DNA of 64,000 nucleotides from a candidate division WOR-3 bacterium (GTDB lineage: Bacteria > Hydrothermota > Hydrothermia > JBDRYB01). Shown piece by piece: positions 48,050 to 55,927 of the stretch; the stretch's first letter is position 1, and the number at the start of each line of letters is the position of its first letter. The position numbers and the translations under genes were made by a program. The stretch is from the NCBI GenBank assembly GCA_039803205.1, contig JBDRYB010000001.1:139413-203412 (forward strand), in the 5' to 3' direction. The notes beneath the pieces are model-generated. The model did not search any database. It worked only from the letters and a program-made list of their open reading frames with translations, and was not told the DNA's origin.

Positions 48050-49552
48050 TCACCTTACAACTGCTTTACCTTTGTATTGTCCGGATTCCCAAAGATAGAC
48101 TCCCTGGTCCAGGTTTATACGGTTTTCGCCCCTTAGGAGATCACCGCAATAAACGAGCCTCCCATCAGAAGAATATACTCTGAGGCCAGTAGCCATCTGG
48201 CTTATAAAAACGAGACCACCGCTTACAGAAGCGGCTACCACATGGGGCGAGAAATTAAAGGTGTCCTCGCTTGAACCCTCGTAAACAGGGACCGAGGCGC
48301 AGAAATCTGCCTGTGTGGGAGTAACTGGATCGAAGGTAGCGTTATAGTTGTTGGAGGTTATGGATACCGTGGTTGTGGTTATTCCAGGAACATCCTCAAC
48401 GGCTACCACATCGTTCGGGATAAGGGAGGCATCCGACACGCAGTTGGGATATTCCCCGTTTGCCGCTATCTTCATAACAAACATATCCTCATCAGTTGAT
48501 ATACTACCCTTGCCAGCAAAAACCAAGGTCCCGTCCGATGCTTGGATGACATCCCGGAAGTGCCACCATCCAGATGGACTCGCTGGAAACCTCTTTTGCC
48601 ACCTCAATGTCCCGTCCGGCCCTATTCTGAGAGCCACGCCTCCGTTTCCACCCGCCACCACATAGTCACCGCCAGAAAGCTGTATTCCAGAATAACCCCA
48701 CTCATACCCTGAGGTGCCAAAGGATTTCGCCCACTCCAAGGCCCCATCGGAGGCTACCTTCAGAACGAGGATGTCGTTTTGGCCAGCCCCAAAGCTATAT
48801 GTGGTTCCAACGACCAAGAAGCCCCCATCAGAGGTTCCGGTTATGGAATGCCCGGCATCATAATTCGTGCCGCCATAGGTTTTTGCCCAAATTACAGTTC
48901 CATCCGTGCCAACCTTAATCACTATCACATCTCCTTTGGGGTCCCCAAAGCTCTTAGTGTAGCCCGTTATCGCGTAGCCACTGTTATCAACCGCCTTAGC
49001 AACAGAATAGCCATAGTCTTCGCCGCTTCCTCCATAGGCCTTTGTCCAATTTATGCCCCCGCTACTACTGAGTTTCGCGAGCGCGATGTCCCAGTTGTTT
49101 CCGCCGAAGGTACCTGCAACTAGGAAATCGCTAGCCGAACTCTGGATCAGATCCTCGGCATATATGTTGCGATTCGCGAGAGAGTAGGTCTTTATCCACT
49201 GCAAGGATCCGGATGAGCTCACCTTGGCCAAAAGAAAATTCCAATAGAAGAATGGGGATTCTTGCCCGCAAACCAACAAGCTCCCGTCTGAGAGCTGGAG
49301 CACGGATACGGCCCGATGGTTATTCCCGCTCAGCCACCTACACCATTCTCTCGTCCCGTCCTGGCTAAGCTTCAGAAGCATGAGATTCTCAAACCCATTT
49401 GATTCTTCGTATCCTGCTACCGCATATCCGCCATCTGTTGTCTGGATCAATGAAAAGGCCGCTTCGTTCATATACGGGTCCCATCCTTCCCAGCCATATC
49501 CTTTGGACCAAAGAGTCTGGCCCAGCGCAACAAAGATGATTATCCCTGACAT
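48050..49552 (-). CDS. Secreted class B beta-propeller
   Basis: Same repeats; ends KGKAVVR. Confidence 0.8.
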   Translation of the reverse strand: MSGIIIFVALGQTLWSKGYGWEGWDPYMNEAAFSLIQTTDGGYAVAGYEESNGFENLMLLKLSQDGTREWCRWLSGNNHRAVSVLQLSDGSLLVCGQESPFFYWNFLLAKVSSSGSLQWIKTYSLANRNIYAEDLIQSSASDFLVAGTFGGNNWDIALAKLSSSGGINWTKAYGGSGEDYGYSVAKAVDNSGYAITGYTKSFGDPKGDVIVIKVGTDGTVIWAKTYGGTNYDAGHSITGTSDGGFLVVGTTYSFGAGQNDILVLKVASDGALEWAKSFGTSGYEWGYSGIQLSGGDYVVAGGNGGVALRIGPDGTLRWQKRFPASPSGWWHFRDVIQASDGTLVFAGKGSISTDEDMFVMKIAANGEYPNCVSDASLIPNDVVAVEDVPGITTTTVSITSNNYNATFDPVTPTQADFCASVPVYEGSSEDTFNFSPHVVAASVSGGLVFISQMATGLRVYSSDGRLVYCGDLLRGENRINLDQGVYLWESGQYKGKAVVR

Positions 49553-49593
49553 AGTTCACGCTCCTTTCGTTTTTGGTTTCGCATAGCGCCTAT

Positions 49594-49627
49594 ATTTTAC
49601 GGAAGGGTCTAGAACAAAACTAGAACA
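49594..49627 (-). promoter_or_regulatory. SARP-type direct-repeat promoter of locus 2
   Basis: CTAGAACA at 49609 and 49620; minus strand TGTTCTAG-TTT-TGTTCTAG, 9 bp, TAAAAT. Confidence 0.65.
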
Positions 49628-49681
49628 GATCAGCGGCAGAACTTGACTTCGTCTGAAGGTATGCCTTAAAATTAATTTCTC

Positions 49682-51253
49682 ATGGACACATACGAATTGG
49701 TCGCTGATGGACTGAATTTTCTTAGAGACGCCAAGGATTCGGCAATGGTGGAGGATTATCTTCTCTCGTTAAAGGAGGTTGACCCCCTCGCGTGGCTTAT
49801 TTTGAAAGCGAGATACGCGTGTGCGCAATGGAGGAGCGGTGAGGCTTTACAGAAGGGGAGGAGCTTACTCTCAAAGGTCGCTGGCGACGCGCGTCTTACC
49901 GCTTTCCTGTTTAATCTTCTTGGAGTTGCACAGATGCGAACCGGAAATCTCTCGGCGGCCATGGGCTGGTTCTCAAAGGTTCTGGAAATTGATGATCCTG
50001 CGGTGAAAACTGAGGCCATGTCCGCCAGGTTGAACCTCATGGCCTGCAAATTCATGATGGGCGAATATGGATCTCTTTACAGAGACATAGAGCTAGCCAC
50101 CTCAGAATACTCTCTAGGAGACAACCCCAGGATCCGCTTTCTCAGCGCCGCACTCAGGCTGATCCAGGGGGAACCGGAAAAAGCATTCGGTATCCTCAGC
50201 TACCTCAGTGATGAGAAACTATCAATCAGCGAGCGGAATAACGGAATAGAGCTGAAAGGGTTGGTTCTGAGATTCTTGAAAAGGTTCCACGAATCCCGAA
50301 ATGCCTTTATAACTTCTATTCAGGGATATGCCAACTTCGGGAGCGCTTACGCGCCCTTTCCTTGCGCTAAGGCTCTGCAACTGAGCAGGTTTGCTGGCAT
50401 TGAGCCTCCGCCTGTGGCTCTGGTAAGGAAATGTTTAACCCTTGCTAAAAAGGGTGGTTGGAGCGAGCAGGCCGCAGCTCAGGAGGTTAAAGCCCTCCTC
50501 ATAGAGGATGACAGAGAATGCTCCGAGGCCCTGTTTGCCGCAGCTCAAGGATACAGTAGGGCAAATCAACTCTTTGAGGCGTGTCTAACAGGTCTATCAG
50601 CCGCTTACCTGGCCTGGAAAACCGAATCCTCAGTTTTCCCATCAGTTCTGAAGTTTCTTGCTCACCTAGCGCCTTTGCACCCTGGGTTTAAGTGCGATCC
50701 TATTCTGGGGAAGTTCTTTCAAAAAATTGAGCCCCTGCTTTTTGATGAGGGAGGGGAAAACCGCGGTATAAGAGCTTACCTTATTGGTGGGCTGAGGGTA
50801 TATGTTGGCGGTGAGAAAATACACCCCCTGAACTGGCGGTCAAAGCGGGCCGCAAAAGCTCTAATCTATTTACTTCTGTCGCCAAACCACAGGATACCCA
50901 CTGACCACCTTTTCTATCTTCTCTGGCCCAGGAGGGACTATAAGAAGCCTGGGAACAAAGCGCTTCTATACAAAGCGATATACACCATAAGAGAGGCCCT
51001 TGGGGATCGCGCGCTCCTGACAAAGCGCCACGATTTTTACCAGCTAGAGGATGTTTGGACAGACCTGTGTGAGATTGAAAGCCTTATGAGGCTAGCTGAT
51101 ACAGCGCGCGATCCTGCAGAAAAAGAGGAGTATCTCGCCAGAGCACGAAAATTTGCGGGGGGCGAACTCCTCCCTGAGCTTCCATATGACCGGCACATTG
51201 AGGAGTTCAAGGAGCACTATAAAAGGCTGAGGAAAAGGCTTGGCTTGGAGTAA
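49682..51253 (+). CDS. TPR + SARP-type wHTH/BTAD regulator; paralog of 20255
   Basis: Shared GSAYA.FPCAKALQ, KGGW.EQAA, IYLLLSP.HRIP.DHLFYLLWP, FYQLEDVWTDL; promoter TTGACT-18-TAAAAT. Confidence 0.8.
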   Translation: MDTYELVADGLNFLRDAKDSAMVEDYLLSLKEVDPLAWLILKARYACAQWRSGEALQKGRSLLSKVAGDARLTAFLFNLLGVAQMRTGNLSAAMGWFSKVLEIDDPAVKTEAMSARLNLMACKFMMGEYGSLYRDIELATSEYSLGDNPRIRFLSAALRLIQGEPEKAFGILSYLSDEKLSISERNNGIELKGLVLRFLKRFHESRNAFITSIQGYANFGSAYAPFPCAKALQLSRFAGIEPPPVALVRKCLTLAKKGGWSEQAAAQEVKALLIEDDRECSEALFAAAQGYSRANQLFEACLTGLSAAYLAWKTESSVFPSVLKFLAHLAPLHPGFKCDPILGKFFQKIEPLLFDEGGENRGIRAYLIGGLRVYVGGEKIHPLNWRSKRAAKALIYLLLSPNHRIPTDHLFYLLWPRRDYKKPGNKALLYKAIYTIREALGDRALLTKRHDFYQLEDVWTDLCEIESLMRLADTARDPAEKEEYLARARKFAGGELLPELPYDRHIEEFKEHYKRLRKRLGLE

Positions 51254-51341
51254 AGCCCTTTCTTCATCCCCTCTTGAAGATCTCGTAGATGTATCCTCTG
51301 GAGAAGGGGGCCTAGGGAAGGTTTTGGGTAAGGGTCAGAGA

Positions 51342-51677
51342 CTAGGGTTTATCATCCGGTTCCGGCCTCTCCTGGGTGAACTGGGGCATGAAACCGATCC
51401 TCTTGCCCTCCTCTTCTCCTGGTATCCTTATCTCGCCAAAACGGGCCTCGTATTTCCTTATGTTGTCCTCTATGGTCCGTAGGAGGAGTTTGGCGTGCTG
51501 GGGAGTCATGATGACCCTCGTCTCAACCTTTACCTTCTGCACGCCGGGCACGACACGGCCGAAGTCAAAAACGAACTCCGATGGGCTGTGGGTTATCAGG
51601 ACGAAATTTGAGTATGTCCCATCCCAAGCGTTTTCCGGAAGCTCAATCTGGAGATGCGGAGGGGGCAAATCCTTCAT
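51342..51677 (-). CDS. DUF3467-family protein
   Basis: GTYSN...THS.SEFVFDF, RVIMTPQHAK, YE.RFGEI. Confidence 0.8.
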   Translation of the reverse strand: MKDLPPPHLQIELPENAWDGTYSNFVLITHSPSEFVFDFGRVVPGVQKVKVETRVIMTPQHAKLLLRTIEDNIRKYEARFGEIRIPGEEEGKRIGFMPQFTQERPEPDDKP

Positions 51678-53701
51678 TTTCTCACCACCTTTGTTGAGAG
51701 CAATCCTCTGCCGCCAAGTTTTAACTCCACGATGTAGAGGCCAGCTGGCGCTCTTGAAAGATCAACCGAAACAGAATTGAGTCCGGGCTTTGTTATGGCT
51801 GATTCGCGGCACACGAGCCTTCCGTCAACTGAGTATGCTTTGAGATCCGCGGGAATGCCGCCGCAGGAGACAAATTCAATCCGGAAGATGTTCCTGGTTG
51901 GGGTTGGCCCCACGGATATGATCCTCGTGGCGATGCGATCCGAAGCGCCCTCGTCTATCCCGATGTGGACGATATGCTCGTCTATGATCCAGTTCTCGGG
52001 GTCAAACTGAAGCGTGGTAGGCTTGCCGGGGAGGGTAATTGAGAAGCCCTGGACATCAAGGCTATCCCAAAGGATGACCGTCGTATCAAGGGTGCCGTCC
52101 CTGAACCTCATGGGGACCGGCATCTTGAATGTCGGAACCCCGTAATCGTGGGACTGGGTCTGTTTTATGAGGACGCCGACCTGCCACATCCCTCCTCCTA
52201 TTGAATCCGCTTCCCAACCCACATCGTATTTAGGGTGCCCTGGCCTGTATAGCCACTCGTCAAAAAACCAGCCCAGGCTGAGGCCAGTGAAAGCCTGGTA
52301 TTCCTGGGTGAAGTCCCTCGTGAGCGCGTAGCTCTCAGCGTGGTTGTTCTTATAGTATCTCAAAGCGGCCCAGAAAGCGAGGGTGTCCCCTCCGAGCAGG
52401 TATTCCGTTATCTTCTTGAGGGAGTGAAGGACGCAACCTGCCTTGTCGTATGTCTCAACCGAGAACAGCTCCTCAAGGCTCTGGCCGGGGTTGTATATGG
52501 GAATAGGGGGCCATGTGTAGTATTGGAGGTAGATCCTCATTCTAACCGAATCAATCCAGTATTGATACATGTTAGGCCCCCAATACCAACCCCACCAGAC
52601 AGCCTCAGAGAAGGTGGCAAAGCCCTCGTTCAGCCATATGTCTGGCCATGTGCCGCATGTCACATAGTCCCCCCACCAGTGGTGGGAGAGCTCGTGGGCC
52701 TGGACCCAAATCGTTCTCAGCGAGTCCCCGTATATGCCGAACCCGGTGAATGTATTTGTCTGGTTCTCCATAGCTCCTCCGAGCTCGTCTATCTGGACCT
52801 GGGAGTATTTCTGATCCATGAAGGGATAAACCCCGTAGAGGGCCGAATAGCCCTCCATTGCCCTTGGAAGGAGCTTGTAGTCCAGCTCCGCGGCCGCTGA
52901 ATCAGCGTGGGATACATAGTGAACGATGGGAAGGGTATCGCCGGCCCAGATGAATGTATCCCGAATGGTAGCGTAATCGTAAGCGGCAAAGACTATGAGA
53001 TATGTGGCTATCTGGCGGTCATTGACCCATCTGTATGTCCACCATGTGAAGTTCTGGACTGAGTCCACGAGAACCCCGTTTGCCACAACACGCCAGCCCG
53101 CTGGAACAGTCGCAGTTATCTCAGACCTCGCCTTCTCGGAAGGAACATCAACGCAAGGAAACCAGTGCCTAGCTCCCCAGGGCTCATCATCAACATAGCA
53201 TATCGTATCCCCTATTGTGAGGCCGCCGGAGGAGATTATGCCCTCAGGATGAGTCGGGGGGCCGTGGTAAAAGACCGATGCCGTGTCTATCCTGCCAGGG
53301 GATGGGTTCGGTATAACGATGTTCAGGATCCTCCCGGTGTCGGAGCCTGAGAGGGACCAAATAGCCGGAGCGCCATCCAGAAGAACCGAATCCACAACAA
53401 GTCCGAGGTTTGGCGTCGCGCTCATTGAATCAACGAAGTTTAGCCTAAGGAAAACGGAATCCTCGGTTATCTGGAACTCCACATCACACCTGGCGTTCAT
53501 TATGCTATCGCCAACCGTGTCTATGGTCAAGTTTATGCTGTATTTGAGGATATCCCAGGGCAAGTCTGGCGGCAGGGTGTCAAGCTCCATTATGCCGAAG
53601 CGCTCCCTAAGGCGCAGTTTCTCATCCATGGCCCGGATCTCGTCTAGGCTTGGGATCCCATCAGGCCATCCGAGCGCAAAGAACAAAATAGCGTTCATCA
53701 T
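51674..53701 (-). CDS. Secreted M1-family aminopeptidase with CTD
   Basis: GAMENQT, HELSHHWWG, WLNEGFA, YDKAG; CTD YSVDGRL..GLYIV..KVVRK; ATG 53701. Confidence 0.9.
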   Translation of the reverse strand: MMNAILFFALGWPDGIPSLDEIRAMDEKLRLRERFGIMELDTLPPDLPWDILKYSINLTIDTVGDSIMNARCDVEFQITEDSVFLRLNFVDSMSATPNLGLVVDSVLLDGAPAIWSLSGSDTGRILNIVIPNPSPGRIDTASVFYHGPPTHPEGIISSGGLTIGDTICYVDDEPWGARHWFPCVDVPSEKARSEITATVPAGWRVVANGVLVDSVQNFTWWTYRWVNDRQIATYLIVFAAYDYATIRDTFIWAGDTLPIVHYVSHADSAAAELDYKLLPRAMEGYSALYGVYPFMDQKYSQVQIDELGGAMENQTNTFTGFGIYGDSLRTIWVQAHELSHHWWGDYVTCGTWPDIWLNEGFATFSEAVWWGWYWGPNMYQYWIDSVRMRIYLQYYTWPPIPIYNPGQSLEELFSVETYDKAGCVLHSLKKITEYLLGGDTLAFWAALRYYKNNHAESYALTRDFTQEYQAFTGLSLGWFFDEWLYRPGHPKYDVGWEADSIGGGMWQVGVLIKQTQSHDYGVPTFKMPVPMRFRDGTLDTTVILWDSLDVQGFSITLPGKPTTLQFDPENWIIDEHIVHIGIDEGASDRIATRIISVGPTPTRNIFRIEFVSCGGIPADLKAYSVDGRLVCRESAITKPGLNSVSVDLSRAPAGLYIVELKLGGRGLLSTKVVRK

Positions 53702-53824
53702 GGGCAAATTATAAATCCAGAGGGAGCTGGATTAAAAGCTTTTGGGGGTGGCCAACCCCGCAACCGGATGAAAAAATGGTGTAAAATGGCTCAAAAAACT
53801 GATCTCCCGCGGATCGTGCGTTCA

Positions 53825-54039
53825 AAGTCCTTGCCGGAAAAGGATTTATGCCATTCAGGCTCCGGATGGGGCATTTTGCGCTTTCTAATTCTAAAGTCCT
53901 TATCAGATAAGGACTTAGGTCATCTAGGTTCAGAATTTTCAGTCCGGCCGTGGAAGCCTGTTTTTCCGGCCCGGGAAAGGCAATATTGGCCAATCAGAAA
54001 CGGATACCGATCGCCGAAGTCCTTGATACACAAGGATTT
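53825..54039. repeat. Three AAGTCCTT-N7-AAGGA(C/T)TT palindromes
   Basis: At 53825, 53894 and 54017. Confidence 0.8.
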
Positions 54040-54193
54040 AGATGTGTATGGCTCTTTCCAAGGCCAGGCCTTGATTACAGCTTGACACAGCCCCGCGTCC
54101 CGCTCTATGCTTTTCGGTATGAACATAGGCTTTGATAGTTTGGGGGAAAGAGGAGCCTCTCCCACAAAAACAAACCATAAGGAGGTTAAATAG

Positions 54194-54469
54194 ATGAACA
54201 AGCAGCAGCTCATAAACACCATAGCCTCAAAGGCAGGCATAACAAAGAAGGATGCAGGAAGGGCGCTTGACGCGTTCATAAACGCTGTCAAGGAAACCCT
54301 GAAGAAGGGTGAGGAGATAAGGCTCGTTGGATTCGGCACCTTCCAGGTGCGCAAGAGGGCCGCTAGGCCTGGCAGGAACCCGCAGACCAAGAAACCCATC
54401 CAGATACCCGCTAAGAAGGTTCCGGCCTTCAGGGCGAGCTCAGAGCTCAAGAAGATCGTCAACAAGTAA
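54194..54469 (+). CDS. hup: DNA-binding protein HU
   Basis: [32 protein letters not shown]. Confidence 0.96.
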   Translation: MNKQQLINTIASKAGITKKDAGRALDAFINAVKETLKKGEEIRLVGFGTFQVRKRAARPGRNPQTKKPIQIPAKKVPAFRASSELKKIVNK

Positions 54470-54507
54470 AAAGGGGTTGGTGGGGCTCCTCTCCCCCTTT
54501 TGAAAAC

Positions 54508-54532
54508 AAGCCGGGCTTTAGCCCGGCTTTTT
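54508..54532 (+). terminator. Intrinsic terminator of hup
   Basis: AAGCCGGGCT/AGCCCGGCTT followed by a T-run. Confidence 0.8.
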
Positions 54533-54575
54533 CATTAATGGGCCGGGGTGATATGGTGATATTATAATATCAACC

Positions 54576-55925
54576 GTGCGCAACGCCCTGATCTTTTTGG
54601 CCTTCCTTCTCTTCAGGCTCATCCTTTCTGTCCCAGCCCTCAAGGAGCCATCCATTAGCCTCCGGATAAACCCGGACGCGGATCACTATCATGCCCTGGG
54701 CCTCAACATGGCGAGAAACAGCTCCTTCAGCAGGGCCCCTTCGCCTCCATATGTGCCAGATGGGCTAAGGACCCCTCTTTACCCCACGCTAATAGGGATC
54801 TCTGATAAGATCACAGGGGATCCGATAAGGCCCGTTGTTTTTCTCCAGGCAATCCTCTGGGCCTTGATGGGTATGGGTATAATGATTTTCGCGGAGAAAA
54901 AATTCGGGTTTGCCTCTGGGCTCACATCAGGGCTTCTGCTCATAACCAGCCCGCTTAGCCTGAAATACGGCCCCAGCATCATGTCGGAGAACCTTTTCAC
55001 GCCCGCTCTGGTCGCGGGAGCGATGGTCTTTCTCCGTGCCAGGGAAAGCGGCTCGCTAAGGCTTTTCGCCTTATCCGGACTCATCTTTGGTCTCTCGGCC
55101 TTGGTGAGGCCCTCCTCGCTACCCCTTGGATTACTTCTGGCGCTTTTGGTGGGGCGGCCTTTCCCGAAAAAAGGCCTAGCTTTTCTGGGTTTGTGGGTTG
55201 CTCCGATTGGTATGTGGGTAATTAGGAACTGGCTCACCTTTGGTTTCCCCTTCTTCTCAACGGTCTTCTTTCTCAACATCATAGCGCAGAACGCTCCAAG
55301 GGTGATTGCCGTGGCCGAGGGGATCTCCCTCAAGGAGGCTGAAATGAGGGTCGCAGAGGACCTCCGCGAGAGATACCGCGCTGATGAGTCCTGGTTCTAC
55401 GATCCGGTTCGCCTCCGCACCATGCTTCCATACGGCCTGGAGGTAATAAAGGAGCACCCGAAGGAATACCTCTTGCTACACGCGAAGGGCACTGCCCTGT
55501 GCTTTCTCCCCCTGGATCCCGGTTCCCTCGGGATTACCCTGGGGTTCTGGGAGGCCTCACCCGTTGACCCGTTTGAGCTCATAAACCAAGCGATGATAAG
55601 GCCAGCCGAGGCGCTCAGGACAGCGAGGGAATCCTTTGAGAAATTCGGTCCCCTTGGGCTCACCCTCTTTGTCTTCATAATCTTACACACGCTCACCCTG
55701 TATGGCCTTGCAACAGCAGGCGCAATAAGATTGAGAGGAGAATTTGCCGCTGTGGCCCTCTCTCTGATCACGGTTGGTGCCTTGGTTTTCATGACAGGGC
55801 CTTTGGGCTCCCCTCGTTTCCGCTTGCCAGCCGAACCTTTTCTAGCGCTCCTTGCTGGCCGAGCCCTTCTGAGCCGAAAACCCTCTTTGGGTTGCAAGCG
55901 ATCCCATAAACAGCTTAAAATTTAA
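54576..55925 (+). CDS. GT-C fold glycosyltransferase; paralog of 36376
   Basis: DADHYH.L..N, RTPLYP, MSENLF, RP, RNW, RFRLP. Confidence 0.75.
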   Translation: MRNALIFLAFLLFRLILSVPALKEPSISLRINPDADHYHALGLNMARNSSFSRAPSPPYVPDGLRTPLYPTLIGISDKITGDPIRPVVFLQAILWALMGMGIMIFAEKKFGFASGLTSGLLLITSPLSLKYGPSIMSENLFTPALVAGAMVFLRARESGSLRLFALSGLIFGLSALVRPSSLPLGLLLALLVGRPFPKKGLAFLGLWVAPIGMWVIRNWLTFGFPFFSTVFFLNIIAQNAPRVIAVAEGISLKEAEMRVAEDLRERYRADESWFYDPVRLRTMLPYGLEVIKEHPKEYLLLHAKGTALCFLPLDPGSLGITLGFWEASPVDPFELINQAMIRPAEALRTARESFEKFGPLGLTLFVFIILHTLTLYGLATAGAIRLRGEFAAVALSLITVGALVFMTGPLGSPRFRLPAEPFLALLAGRALLSRKPSLGCKRSHKQLKI

Positions 55926-55927
55926 GC

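Noticed and set aside
10527..49552. Diversity-generating retroelement or integron driving the paralog arrays
   Set aside because: I saw no reverse transcriptase, integrase, adenine-specific TR/VR pair or attC-type core sites
53709..54135. Short ORFs in the M1-hup intergenic region; possible oriC
   Set aside because: The ORFs merely translate the palindromes, and I saw no DnaA-box cluster or AT-rich unwinding element
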